From: Dehalococcoidia bacterium
GTDB taxonomy: Bacteria > Chloroflexota > Dehalococcoidia > GIF9 > AB-539-J10
Direction: 5' to 3'
DNA: 64,000 bases
Assembly (NCBI GenBank): GCA_040766535.1
Contig: JAXGQG010000005.1
Span: forward strand, 12,129 to 76,128
Both the position numbers and the translations under genes were made by a program. The first letter of the stretch is position 1, and each line of letters begins with the position of its first letter. The notes under the pieces are model-generated. The model ran no database searches, was not told the DNA's origin, and saw only the letters and a list, made by a program, of their open reading frames with translations. Shown piece by piece: positions 9,459-19,153 of the stretch.

Positions 9459-11630
9459 ATGGACGCACTTGCATCCTTGAACGCAGCACAACGGGAAGCG
9501 GTCGAGGCTTGCGGCGGCCCCCTCCTGATCATCGCGGGTCCCGGAAGCGGCAAGACGCGTGTCATCACCAACCGCATCGCGTACCTGATCACGTCGTGCG
9601 GGGTTGACCCGCGCGGCATCCTCGCCGTCACCTTCACGAACAAGGCTGCCCGAGAGATGAAAGAGCGGCTGTCCCGCGACCTGGGGCCGACGGCGGACAG
9701 CCTCAGCATCGGAACGTTTCACGCCACGTGCTGCCGCATCCTGCGGGCCGACGGCAGGGCGATCGGGCTGAGTCCGGGCTTCGTGATCTACGACGACGAC
9801 GATCAGATCGACCTCATCAAGCAGAGCCTGGCGGAGTTGAAACTGGACCCGAAACAGTATCCGCCGAGGGCCATCCAGGGATCGATCAGCTCGGCGAAGA
9901 GCCGGATGCTGACCGAACAGGGACACGCCGAGGGCGTCGACAGCTACTTCGAGGAGATCGTGCAGCGCGTGTACCAGCGCTACCAGGCACTGCTGGCGCA
10001 GAGCGACGCGGTCGATTTCGACGACATTCTGCTGAAGACCGTGAGGCTGCTGGAGTCGCAGCCCAGCGTCCTCGCACACTATCAGACGCGCTACCAGCAC
10101 GTACTGGTCGACGAATTCCAGGACACGAACCCGGCGCAATTCCAGATAGTGAAACTGCTGGCGGCGAAGCACCGCAACCTGTGCGTGGTGGGCGATCCGG
10201 ATCAATCGATCTACTCATGGCGGTCGGCCGACCTCCGCAACCTGCTCTCGTTCGAGAGGGAATTCCCGGATGCGAAGGTGGTCCTACTCGAACAGAACTA
10301 CCGCTCCACAAAGACCATCCTCAGAGCAGCGTCACAGGTCATCACCGCCAACTCGATGCGGAAGGACAAGGGCCTGTGGACCGAGAACGAGGCCGGCAAG
10401 CCGGTGGTGCTGAGCGAGTGCCTCAACGAGAAGGACGAGGCCCAGTACGTGGTCCAGTGCATCGACAAACTGGTTCAACGCGAGCATCTGCGTTACGGCG
10501 ACTGCGCCGTGATGTACCGCATCAACGCACAGTCGCGCACCATCGAAGAGAGCCTGGTGCGTTTCGGCATCCCGTACCGGCTGGTGGGAGGCACGCGCTT
10601 CTACCGGCGGCAGGAGATCAAGGACATCATCGCCTACCTGCGGGTGATCCACAATCCGCATGACAGCATCAGCCTCTCGCGCATCATCAACACCCCCGGC
10701 AGAGGCATCGGCCAGGGCACCCTCACCAAGCTTCAATCCTGGGCCACCGAGCGTGGCGTATCGGTCTATGAAGCCCTGACGCAGATGGTGCAGCAGAAGG
10801 ACCTCGCCGCCAGGGCCTCAAACGCGCTGACGAAGTTCCTGGAGCTGCTGGACGGCCTGATCGAGCAGAGCCACCACACGCCGCTGCCGGAACTGGTGGA
10901 CGCCATATTGACGCAGACCGCCTACCGCGATTACCTCATGGAATCGGAGGACGGCGAGGACCGGTGGCAGAACGTCCAGGAGCTGCGGGGAGTGGCGGCG
11001 GAGTATGCCGACATCGCGCCCGAAGAGGCATTGTCGGCGTTCCTCGAGAAGGTGAGCCTGATCGCCGATGTGGACGAGATGGACGACTCCGGCAATGCCG
11101 TCACGCTGATTACGCTGCACCAGGCCAAGGGACTCGAATTCCCCGCGGTGTTCATCGTCGGCATGGAGGACGGCATCCTGCCTCACCGCAGGTCGTTCGA
11201 CGACCCGGCGGAGATGGAGGAGGAGTGCCGTCTCTGCTACGTGGGAATCACGCGGGCGCAGCGCTACCTCTTCCTGTCGCGTGCGCACCGCCGAAGCCTG
11301 TTCGGCAACGGCCTTGCCAATCCGCCCTCCCGCTACATCGAGCGCATCAGCCCGGAGTTGATCACGACCCGCGGGCTGTGGCCGGACGACGAGGTCGACA
11401 TGAGCGGGGCCCTCTTCTCCCAGCCGATGCAGTACGGCATGTCCGACGAGGAGTTCAGGGTGGGAGACTCGGTATTCCACAAGAAGTTCGGGCAGGGTGT
11501 GATCATGGACTGCTTCCCGGACAAGAGCGATCTTGTGGTGACGGTGGCGTTCGATGACATCGGCGTCAAACGGCTGCTGCTGAGCCTGGCGCACCTCGAG
11601 AAGATAGAGCGCTTCCACACCCTGTCGTAG
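9459..11630 (+). CDS. pcrA: ATP-dependent DNA helicase PcrA/UvrD (SF1)
   Basis: LN..Q.EAV.....PLLIIAGPGSGKT, VDEFQDTN, GDPDQSIYSWR.A, TLHQAKGLEF, YVGITRA. Confidence 0.9.
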   Translation: MDALASLNAAQREAVEACGGPLLIIAGPGSGKTRVITNRIAYLITSCGVDPRGILAVTFTNKAAREMKERLSRDLGPTADSLSIGTFHATCCRILRADGRAIGLSPGFVIYDDDDQIDLIKQSLAELKLDPKQYPPRAIQGSISSAKSRMLTEQGHAEGVDSYFEEIVQRVYQRYQALLAQSDAVDFDDILLKTVRLLESQPSVLAHYQTRYQHVLVDEFQDTNPAQFQIVKLLAAKHRNLCVVGDPDQSIYSWRSADLRNLLSFEREFPDAKVVLLEQNYRSTKTILRAASQVITANSMRKDKGLWTENEAGKPVVLSECLNEKDEAQYVVQCIDKLVQREHLRYGDCAVMYRINAQSRTIEESLVRFGIPYRLVGGTRFYRRQEIKDIIAYLRVIHNPHDSISLSRIINTPGRGIGQGTLTKLQSWATERGVSVYEALTQMVQQKDLAARASNALTKFLELLDGLIEQSHHTPLPELVDAILTQTAYRDYLMESEDGEDRWQNVQELRGVAAEYADIAPEEALSAFLEKVSLIADVDEMDDSGNAVTLITLHQAKGLEFPAVFIVGMEDGILPHRRSFDDPAEMEEECRLCYVGITRAQRYLFLSRAHRRSLFGNGLANPPSRYIERISPELITTRGLWPDDEVDMSGALFSQPMQYGMSDEEFRVGDSVFHKKFGQGVIMDCFPDKSDLVVTVAFDDIGVKRLLLSLAHLEKIERFHTLS

Positions 11631-11636
11631 ACCTCG

Positions 11637-11666
11637 TTGACATGGTTACACGCCACCGTGTAAACT
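11637..11666 (+). promoter_or_regulatory. promoter candidate upstream of mutL
   Basis: TTGACA (11637-11642), 18-nt spacer, TAAACT (11661-11666). It ends 8 nt before the GTG at 11675. If real, the ATG at 11642 cannot be the mutL start. Confidence 0.3.
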
Positions 11667-13360
11667 CGCCTCACGTGCAACTTCACGTTCTGCCCCCCGA
11701 GGTGGTCTCGCGCATCGCCGCCGGCGAGGTGGTCGAGCGTCCCGCCTCCATCGTCAAGGAACTGGTCGAGAACGCGCTCGACGCGGGCGCCCGGACGATC
11801 GACATCGAGTGCCGCGGCGGTGGCGCGGAGCTGATCTGCGTCGCGGACAACGGTGCCGGCATCCCAGCGGCGCACGTTGAGACCGCGTTTCTGCGGCACG
11901 CGACCAGCAAGATCGAGTCACTGGACGACCTCGTTCACGTGAAGTCGCTCGGCTTCAGGGGCGAGGCGCTCCCCAGCATCGCCGCGGTCGCGGATGTCGA
12001 AGTCTCCACCAGAACCGCCGAGGAGGAGTCCGGCAGCTACCTCTACCTCCATGGCGGACAGGTGGTGCAGCACGAGCGCCGGGCGCGGGCGCGTGGCACC
12101 ACCATCGCCGTGAGGCGGCTGTTCCGGCACTTCCCCGCGCGGCTGAAGTTCCTGAAATCCGAGACCACAGAGAACGGTCACAGCGCGCAGGTGGTGAGCC
12201 AGTACGCGCTCGCCTTCCCCTCGGTGGCCTTCAGCCTGATGCTGGAGGACAGGCTGGCGCTGCGCACGCCCGGCAATGGCGACCTCCGGGACGTGGTCAC
12301 GCAGTTGTACGGTGCGGAGATGGCGCGAGCCATGATCCGGGTTGAGCACACCGCGGACTCGTTCACCATCACCGGTCTGGCTGCGCCGGCGTCGCTCTCG
12401 CGCGCCGGACGGAGCGCACAGGGAACCTTCGTCAACCAGCGCTGGATTCGGAGTCCACTGCTGAACAAGGCTATCGATGATGCCTACCACGGGCTGCTCC
12501 AGGAGGGCAGAAACGGGATCGCGGTCATCAACATCCAGATGCCGCCCGACCGCGTGGACGTCAACGTCCACCCCAGCAAGGCCCAGGTGAAGTTCGCGGA
12601 CGAGCAGGCCGTCTACCGCACGGTACGCGATGCCGTGCGCCAGGCGCTGGAGCAGACGCGGGTGGCCACGGAGTCACGCCACCTGCCGTACTCCGGACAG
12701 GGAGCCCAGGCCGCCTGGAGCATCAGCGAACCTGAGGCGCACGCATCAGCTCAGGTTGTCATCTCCCCGCCCACCGAAGGCGGCGTGTCGCTGCCGCCGC
12801 TGCGGGTTCTTGGAGAGGTGCTCACCACCTACATCGTCGCCGAGGGGCCGGACGGGCTGTATCTCATCGACCAGCATGCCGCACACGAACGGGTGGTCTA
12901 CGAGGCGCTGACGGCCCGTGGGACGGAGGAGACGGCGGATGCGCAGGGGCTGCTGGAACCGGTCCCGGTTGAACTCAGTCCCGCGGAGGACGCGGTGCTG
13001 GCAACGGTGCGGGATGAGATGGCGCGGCTCGGGTTCTCGCTGGAGCATTTCGGCGACCGCACCTATCTGCTGCGCGCGGTGCCCGCGGAGGTGCCCGGCG
13101 CACATGCCGCCGTGATGTTGCACGACCTGCTGCATGAACTGACCGGCGTGGGGCGTACGGACGCGTTCGAGCGACTGGCCATAACGGTGGCGTGTCATTC
13201 GGCGGTGCGTGCCGGCAAACGGCTCACGCCGGAGGAGATGCGCCAGCTCATCCGTCAACTGGAGCTCTGCGCGCAACCGAGGACCTGCCCGCACGGCCGG
13301 CCCACAGTCGTCCGCTTCGATTCCGGGCAGCTTGAACGCCTGTTCGGACGGCGCACCTAG
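11642..13360 (+). CDS. mutL: DNA mismatch repair protein MutL
   Basis: LPPEVVSRIAAGEVVERPASIVKELVENALDAG (GHKL ATPase N-terminus) and a C-terminal dimerisation region. The start may instead be the GTG at 11675. Confidence 0.9.
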   Translation: MVTRHRVNSPHVQLHVLPPEVVSRIAAGEVVERPASIVKELVENALDAGARTIDIECRGGGAELICVADNGAGIPAAHVETAFLRHATSKIESLDDLVHVKSLGFRGEALPSIAAVADVEVSTRTAEEESGSYLYLHGGQVVQHERRARARGTTIAVRRLFRHFPARLKFLKSETTENGHSAQVVSQYALAFPSVAFSLMLEDRLALRTPGNGDLRDVVTQLYGAEMARAMIRVEHTADSFTITGLAAPASLSRAGRSAQGTFVNQRWIRSPLLNKAIDDAYHGLLQEGRNGIAVINIQMPPDRVDVNVHPSKAQVKFADEQAVYRTVRDAVRQALEQTRVATESRHLPYSGQGAQAAWSISEPEAHASAQVVISPPTEGGVSLPPLRVLGEVLTTYIVAEGPDGLYLIDQHAAHERVVYEALTARGTEETADAQGLLEPVPVELSPAEDAVLATVRDEMARLGFSLEHFGDRTYLLRAVPAEVPGAHAAVMLHDLLHELTGVGRTDAFERLAITVACHSAVRAGKRLTPEEMRQLIRQLELCAQPRTCPHGRPTVVRFDSGQLERLFGRRT

Positions 13361-14799
13361 ACCGGTTCGCCTCGCGCCGCCCGCTTCTCATAGTAGCGCA
13401 GGAGCCGGTGCCCTGACCTCGCGGCGTGCCGTATCGAGTTGTACGTCGCGATGCCGGCGCGGTAACACGTCTCCCTCGCCTGAACCATCCAGTCGTAGTG
13501 CTCGGGCAGCGTCATCATCTGCGTCACCACCACAATGGGCTTGCCGAAGTCCACGTGCGCACGCACGATGTCATCCACCAGCTTGTTCCAGATCTCGGTG
13601 TGCAGCCGCGGCGGTTGCGCGATGAGGCCGACCGACAGGTGAACGATGGTGAGGTCGATGCCCTTGTACTCAGCGAACAGCTTCAGCAGGGGATAGTAGC
13701 CCACCTCCCAGGCCTCGGCAGAGATATCCATGGGGTTGTCGATGATCGTACCGGCCTCGTTGCCGACGATGGTGGTCGCGCGCTTCCTCAGGTCCTCCGG
13801 GAATCCAGGTATGGAGAGTCCCTCCTTGGTCGCCTCATCGCTGGCGAGGACCGTGGCGCCACCACCCAACCCGAGCAACGCCACCCGCCGGCCCACCGGC
13901 CGCGGGAAGAAGCTGAACGTGACGGCCATGTCGATCCATTCCTCAATGGTGGCGACCCTGACCGCGTTCACCTGCTCCAGAACGCCGTCCCAGACACGGT
14001 CGGCTCCCGCGAGGGATCCGGTGTGTGAGGCTGCGGCGCGGGCGCCCGATTCGGTGATACCCACCTTGAGCACGATGACCGGCTTTCTTCGCGCGGCGCG
14101 TTCAAGGGCCTTCATGAAACAGGGGCCGTTTCGCACTCCCTCGATATAGGCCATGATGATGCTCGTCTCGGGGTCATCGGCCATGTACTCCATCAGGTCG
14201 GTCTCATTCACATCGCTGGCGTTTCCGTACGATATGACCTTGCTGAAGCGCACGCCGCGGCGGGCCGCCTCGCGCGCCAGGTAGATGGCATTGCCGCCGC
14301 TCTGGCAGATGGCCCCCACGCCGCCACTCTCGCTGGTGAGATCGGCCAGGAACGACACGCCGGAGCTGGGGCAGTACACGCCCATGCAGTTCGGCCCCAC
14401 CACGCGAATGCCATGGTCCCGGGCGAGCGTCAGTATCTCGCGTTCAAGCTTGATGCCCTCACCCTTGCCCAGCTCGGAGAAGCCGGAGGTGAAGAAGTGC
14501 ACCGCCTTCACACCCTTGGCCACGCAGTCTTTCATCAACTGCAGCGCGCCGGATGCGGGGATGGCCGATATCACGTAGTCGACCGGACCGGGGATGTCCC
14601 GAACGCTCGGGTAGACGGTGTGCCCCATGATCTCTCCACCCTTGGGGTTCACCGGATACAGCTTGCCCTTGAAGCCGCACTGAATCATCGCCTGGAGATA
14701 GGCGCCGCCGCCGAAAAGCTGAGCCTCCGGCCGCGTCGAGACGCCGGCGATGGCCACAGACTTCGGATTGAAGATCGCATCAAGGTTGGACGTGCTCAT
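13357..14799 (-). CDS. ADP-forming acyl-CoA synthetase, alpha-type (CoA-binding/ligase-CoA domains) subunit
   Basis: Internal ATG at 14799 (MSTSNLDAIFNPKSVAIAGVS) follows AAGGAG. Has the CoA-binding Rossmann pattern and GVGAICQSGG, ASHTGSLAG. No ATP-grasp part is present. Confidence 0.8.
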   Translation of the reverse strand: MSTSNLDAIFNPKSVAIAGVSTRPEAQLFGGGAYLQAMIQCGFKGKLYPVNPKGGEIMGHTVYPSVRDIPGPVDYVISAIPASGALQLMKDCVAKGVKAVHFFTSGFSELGKGEGIKLEREILTLARDHGIRVVGPNCMGVYCPSSGVSFLADLTSESGGVGAICQSGGNAIYLAREAARRGVRFSKVISYGNASDVNETDLMEYMADDPETSIIMAYIEGVRNGPCFMKALERAARRKPVIVLKVGITESGARAAASHTGSLAGADRVWDGVLEQVNAVRVATIEEWIDMAVTFSFFPRPVGRRVALLGLGGGATVLASDEATKEGLSIPGFPEDLRKRATTIVGNEAGTIIDNPMDISAEAWEVGYYPLLKLFAEYKGIDLTIVHLSVGLIAQPPRLHTEIWNKLVDDIVRAHVDFGKPIVVVTQMMTLPEHYDWMVQARETCYRAGIATYNSIRHAARSGHRLLRYYEKRAARGEPV

Positions 14800-14957
14800 G
14801 CTGCTCCTTGTGTCACACGTAGTGGTTTGAACCCACATTCTACTATATTGCGCCGTGAGGTGCGGTTCAGGGGCTGCACCGTGCCACCGCGTCACAGTCG
14901 CGCCGATCCCCTTGTGCTACACTCTAGAGCTCACAAACCTTCACGGGAGGCACCCCC

Positions 14958-16037
14958 ATGTTGAGAGCAGCAGTCATCGGCGCCACGGGCATCGTCGGTC
15001 AGCAGTTCCTCGTGGCCCTCAAGAACAATCCCTGGATACGGGTGACCGCGCTGGCCGCGTCGGAGCGGTCCGCGGGACAGAGCTACCGGAAGGCGATCAC
15101 GGACCAGGCATCCGGCGCCGTTCGCTGGTTTTGCACCGAGCCGCCGGTGGAAGAGCTGATGGAGCTGCCGGTGGTGAACGCGGCCGAGTTGTCGACCAAG
15201 GACATCGACCTGGTGTTCTCGGCCATCGAATCCGGCCCGGCGAAGACGCTGGAACCGCAGTATGCGGCGGAAGTGCCGGTCATCAGCACGGCCTCGGCGT
15301 TCCGCTATGAGGACGATGTGCCAATACTCATCCCCGGCGTGAACCCCGGTCATGCGCGCCTGCTGGAGACACAGCGCAAGCGACGCAACTGGAAGGGATT
15401 CATCACGCCCGACCCGAACTGCACCACCATCGGGCTGGCCATCACGCTCAAACCCCTGCTGGACGCCTTCGGACTGAGGTCGGTCATCATGACGTCGATG
15501 CAGGCGATGTCCGGCGCGGGCAGAAGTCCGGGCGTGATCGGGCTGGACATCCTGGACAACGTGATCCCGTTCATCCCGAGCGAAGAGGAGAAGGTCCAGA
15601 AGGAAACGCAGAAGATCCTCGGCGCGATGGCCGGCGACCACATAGAACCGGCCCCGTTCTCGGTGAGTTGCACCTGCACGCGCGTCTGCGTGCTCGAGGG
15701 TCACACCGAGTCGGTATTCGCTTCAACGCACGCGTCGTGCGACGTCTCGTCGGCGATCAAGGCGATGCGCGAGTTCGCCAGAGGGGACGCCCTCGCCGGA
15801 CTGCCCTCGGCGCCACAGCACATGATCGTGGTCAACGAGGACCCCTTCCGTCCGCAGCCGCGACTGGACAGGGACAACGAGGGCGGGATGGCGACCACGG
15901 TCGGCCGTGTCAGGAAGGATTCGGTGCTGGAGAACGGCCTCAAGTACGTGCTCGTCTCGCACAACACGAAGATGGGCGCGGCGAGGGGTGCGGTGCTCGT
16001 CGCCGAGATGCTGATACGCGACGGCTACATCGGGTAG
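14958..16037 (+). CDS. asd: aspartate-semialdehyde dehydrogenase
   Basis: AAVIGATGIVGQ N-terminus, active-site context PNCTTI, and QA.SGAG. Confidence 0.9.
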   Translation: MLRAAVIGATGIVGQQFLVALKNNPWIRVTALAASERSAGQSYRKAITDQASGAVRWFCTEPPVEELMELPVVNAAELSTKDIDLVFSAIESGPAKTLEPQYAAEVPVISTASAFRYEDDVPILIPGVNPGHARLLETQRKRRNWKGFITPDPNCTTIGLAITLKPLLDAFGLRSVIMTSMQAMSGAGRSPGVIGLDILDNVIPFIPSEEEKVQKETQKILGAMAGDHIEPAPFSVSCTCTRVCVLEGHTESVFASTHASCDVSSAIKAMREFARGDALAGLPSAPQHMIVVNEDPFRPQPRLDRDNEGGMATTVGRVRKDSVLENGLKYVLVSHNTKMGAARGAVLVAEMLIRDGYIG

Positions 16038-16046
16038 CGCCGTCCG

Positions 16047-17036
16047 TCAGGCCTCGGACCACGACAGCGGCTCCATGCGCCGCCGGTTGACCGAGAGAGA
16101 AAAGACGTCCGGCCGGGCGTAGTGTCCGGCCACGTCCAGCAGTTCTTTCTCCTCCGCGATGCGGTCGAGGTCGATATCGGCATAGACCACCGTCTCGCAG
16201 TTGTAGACCGGTCCCGCGATGAACCGCGCGTCGGGCCCGATGATGGCGCTGCCACCGAGACACAACTGGTCGCCCAGCGACTCCATCTCTTTCGCAAGCG
16301 GGAAGCCGGCCGGGAGCATCGATCTGGTGAAGTAGCTCGCGGCTGCCACGACGAAGAGGCGCCCCTCAAAAGCCATCGTACGGCACGCGAGCAGGAATGT
16401 CTCTGTCGCACTGGGCCACACGGCCGCGTGGATCTGCTCCCCCTGGGCGTAGAGTGCGTAGCGGGCGAGCGGCATCCAGTGCTCCCAGCAGACCAGGCCG
16501 CCGAGGCGGCCGACCGAGGAATCGAACACCGAGAGCGTGGAGCCATCGCCGCGCCCCCAGACCATTCGCTCGTGGTACGTGGGAATGAGCTTGCGGTGGA
16601 CGCCGAGCAGGCGACCATCGCGATCGATGAACAGCATTGAGTTGTACATCGTGCCCGTCGCCGTCCTCTCATTGATGCCCATGACCACGGCGATGCCGTG
16701 ACGGCGCGCCGCCTCGCAGAGGCGGTCCACCGCCGGACCCGGCACCTCCACCGCGTTGCGGTACAGCAGCCCGTACACCTTCTTGGAGGGCCCGTAATTC
16801 CAGCGGGAATCGGCGTTGGTCCACACCGGGTAGCCGGGGATCCAGGTCTCAGGGAACACCGCGAGGCTCGCTCCGGCGGCCGCGACCTCCCCGATGAGGG
16901 CACAGCCCTTCTCCACCGTGGCATCGAGATCGAGGAACACCGGCGCCGCCTGCACCGCCGCCACCTTCATGCGCGTGGGGTTTGAAGTGGTGTGCGTTGC
17001 CTGCTGCAATCGGGTCGCCCCTTCCATATCGTCCAT
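16047..17036 (-). CDS. nitrilase / carbon-nitrogen hydrolase family protein
   Basis: KVAAVQAAPVFLD, FPETWIPGYP, and the catalytic Cys context GGLVCWEHWMP. Start is uncertain: I chose the ATG at 17036 (GAGG 6 nt upstream), but the ORF opens at GTG 17048. Confidence 0.85.
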   Translation of the reverse strand: MDDMEGATRLQQATHTTSNPTRMKVAAVQAAPVFLDLDATVEKGCALIGEVAAAGASLAVFPETWIPGYPVWTNADSRWNYGPSKKVYGLLYRNAVEVPGPAVDRLCEAARRHGIAVVMGINERTATGTMYNSMLFIDRDGRLLGVHRKLIPTYHERMVWGRGDGSTLSVFDSSVGRLGGLVCWEHWMPLARYALYAQGEQIHAAVWPSATETFLLACRTMAFEGRLFVVAAASYFTRSMLPAGFPLAKEMESLGDQLCLGGSAIIGPDARFIAGPVYNCETVVYADIDLDRIAEEKELLDVAGHYARPDVFSLSVNRRRMEPLSWSEA

Positions 17037-17205
17037 GCCTGACCTCACTTGCGCGGTGTGCCGCGAGCCGCCATCGTGGCTGCGCAGAGTATAGGGACCC
17101 CGTGTTGCCGGGTCAACGACAACACGCGTGAGGCCGCATTTGTCCCTACGTACACTGTGCGCGCTATAATGGGTCAGCGGTCAGGTCCCATGAGGAGCGT
17201 GCCCC

Positions 17206-17445
17206 GTGGACAACGAAGTGAGCGTCCAGATATCCATTCCCAAGGAACTGCTCTCGGAAGTGGAAGAGCAGAGCCGTTCTCGAGGCGAGACCGTGAGCCA
17301 GTTCTTCTGCAGAGGAGCACAGACGTTGCTGCGGCGCCACAAGGAACGCCGTATGCTCGAACAATACGTCGAGTCGCGCGAGAAGATGCCTGAAGCCGAC
17401 GAGATCGAAGAGGCCCGGCGGAAGCTTGGACACAACAGGGAGTGA
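17206..17445 (+). CDS. ribbon-helix-helix (CopG/antitoxin-like) protein
   Basis: GTG start 8 nt after GAGGAG. N-terminal beta-strand/helix pattern VSVQISIPKELLSEVEE..R..G.TVSQF, and an acidic/basic C-terminal tail. Confidence 0.55.
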   Translation: MDNEVSVQISIPKELLSEVEEQSRSRGETVSQFFCRGAQTLLRRHKERRMLEQYVESREKMPEADEIEEARRKLGHNRE

Positions 17446-17449
17446 GCGC

Positions 17450-19153
17450 CTAGCGGTAGATGCGCGGCAGGAGCCGCGCCAGGACGGTGATCAGCTCCGG
17501 CACTGAGTAGGCCACCTCGCACTTCCCCTCTCCGTACAGCGCCTCCTGCGAGGCGCCCACCGATACGGTCAGCACATCCGTGCCCTGCCTCCGGCACACC
17601 TCGAGGGCTTGCCGCACCACGTAGGTATCCTTGGGATGCCCATCGGTGAAGTGCAGCACCAGCTTGCGTGAAGCCCTGCGGCCTCTGAGCACGAGCGCGG
17701 CCGCCGCGATAGCCTCGCCCGTCGGGGTCCCGCCATCGGTCCACACGCCGCGAAGCGCCAGCGGCATCCCCGTGGCGGCCAGCCGCGTGAGCTGCACGGG
17801 CGCGCCGGGGTGCAGTCCGCCACTGGTGTAGGTGAGCACCTCGTACCATGCGCGCGGGGCCAGGTCGCGGAGGGCCTCGGCGACCACGCAGGCAGCCCGG
17901 TTCACCACGGGCATGTACGTACGCATCGATGCGGAGACGTCGACCAGGAACACCAGCGCCATCGAGCCGGCCCGCTGCCGCTCACGCAGCTTGAAGACAT
18001 CCGCCTTGCCCACCGCCGCCTTCGTCAGGCCGCGGCCGTCAAGCCTGCCCCGCTTCAGTCCGTAGCGCCAGCGCGACCTGACATCATCGAGCCTCGCGAA
18101 CACGTGCCGCATGGAGTCGACCTCAGCCGCCACCTCGGCGCGGACTCTCTCGTAGTCCTCCAGATCGAACGTGGCGTCCTTAATCGCGGTCACCGCGGCC
18201 CGAACACCGATGTCACGCAACTCGTCGGTGAGCACCCGTACATCGGCACCCACAGGGGGAGCCGGACTCAACGCCTCGCGTTGCGCCGCCGGCGCCTCCT
18301 CGCGAAGATACCGGCCGAGGTCGACGAGGCTGCCTGACTCTCCGCCGCCGCGCACGTTGGCGCGCATCTGCGCCTGCGCCTCGCCGTCGTGGCCGTCGGC
18401 AGACGACTCGGGTTCCCACGTCCACCAGAGCGCGCCGTCCGAGGCCGCACGGGGAAACGAGGCCAGCCAGCGCCAGATGTCCGCCGCCAGGCCGAGGCGG
18501 CGCGGGGCATCGCCAGTGTCCATGTAGCGCCTCGCCCTTGACTCAAGTTCCGTGACGGCGTCCCGGAGTTCGGGCGGTTCCACGCCGGTGCGTGTCGCTC
18601 CGCCGAGTCTCCACTCCAGCCAGCGCGCCATGACCGCCTCGCGTGACAGTGCGGTCCATCCTGTCGCAACGTTGGCGCGCACGCGGCCGAGACCAAGCGT
18701 GTCGCGCATCGCGCGGACGTACTCCTCCAGCGTCCCCGACAACCGCGCCAGCCGCACCGAGACGTAGACCTCCTCGAGCGCGCGATGCACCGAGGTGAAC
18801 TCCTGTCTTTCGCACTCGGAGAGTCCACCCCAGCCCTCCCAGTGGGATGTGTCGAGCGAGAGCGTGCGCAGCGCGGCCTCGCGGATGGCGAGGCCGACGA
18901 GACAATCGACGACCCGTGAGGGCACGGGGGCGCCGAAGCCGCTGAGCAAACGGGGGTCGAGGACGACCGGCGGTGGGGGGTGTCCGAGGGACGCATCGCC
19001 GCGCCTGCTCAACCGGTGCTGCACCAGTTCAGCCTGGGCAGCAGCGCCGCCGAGGATCGACGCGAGTTCCCGGGAACGATCGGAAGAGCGGTCGATGCGC
19101 CAGTAGTCCGACAGGTTGCGGGACGGCGAATCCGCCGCGTTGTCAGCTTTCAT
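17450..19153 (-). CDS. CobT-like von Willebrand factor A domain protein
   Basis: C-terminal VWA domain with MIDAS residues (LVFLVDVSASM ... GGTPTGEAI ... HFTDGHP). It is preceded by a CobT-like G.LD...L.K....K.DVFK motif. The ATG at 19153 overlaps the upstream AAA+ gene by 11 nt. Confidence 0.8.
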   Translation of the reverse strand: MKADNAADSPSRNLSDYWRIDRSSDRSRELASILGGAAAQAELVQHRLSRRGDASLGHPPPPVVLDPRLLSGFGAPVPSRVVDCLVGLAIREAALRTLSLDTSHWEGWGGLSECERQEFTSVHRALEEVYVSVRLARLSGTLEEYVRAMRDTLGLGRVRANVATGWTALSREAVMARWLEWRLGGATRTGVEPPELRDAVTELESRARRYMDTGDAPRRLGLAADIWRWLASFPRAASDGALWWTWEPESSADGHDGEAQAQMRANVRGGGESGSLVDLGRYLREEAPAAQREALSPAPPVGADVRVLTDELRDIGVRAAVTAIKDATFDLEDYERVRAEVAAEVDSMRHVFARLDDVRSRWRYGLKRGRLDGRGLTKAAVGKADVFKLRERQRAGSMALVFLVDVSASMRTYMPVVNRAACVVAEALRDLAPRAWYEVLTYTSGGLHPGAPVQLTRLAATGMPLALRGVWTDGGTPTGEAIAAAALVLRGRRASRKLVLHFTDGHPKDTYVVRQALEVCRRQGTDVLTVSVGASQEALYGEGKCEVAYSVPELITVLARLLPRIYR

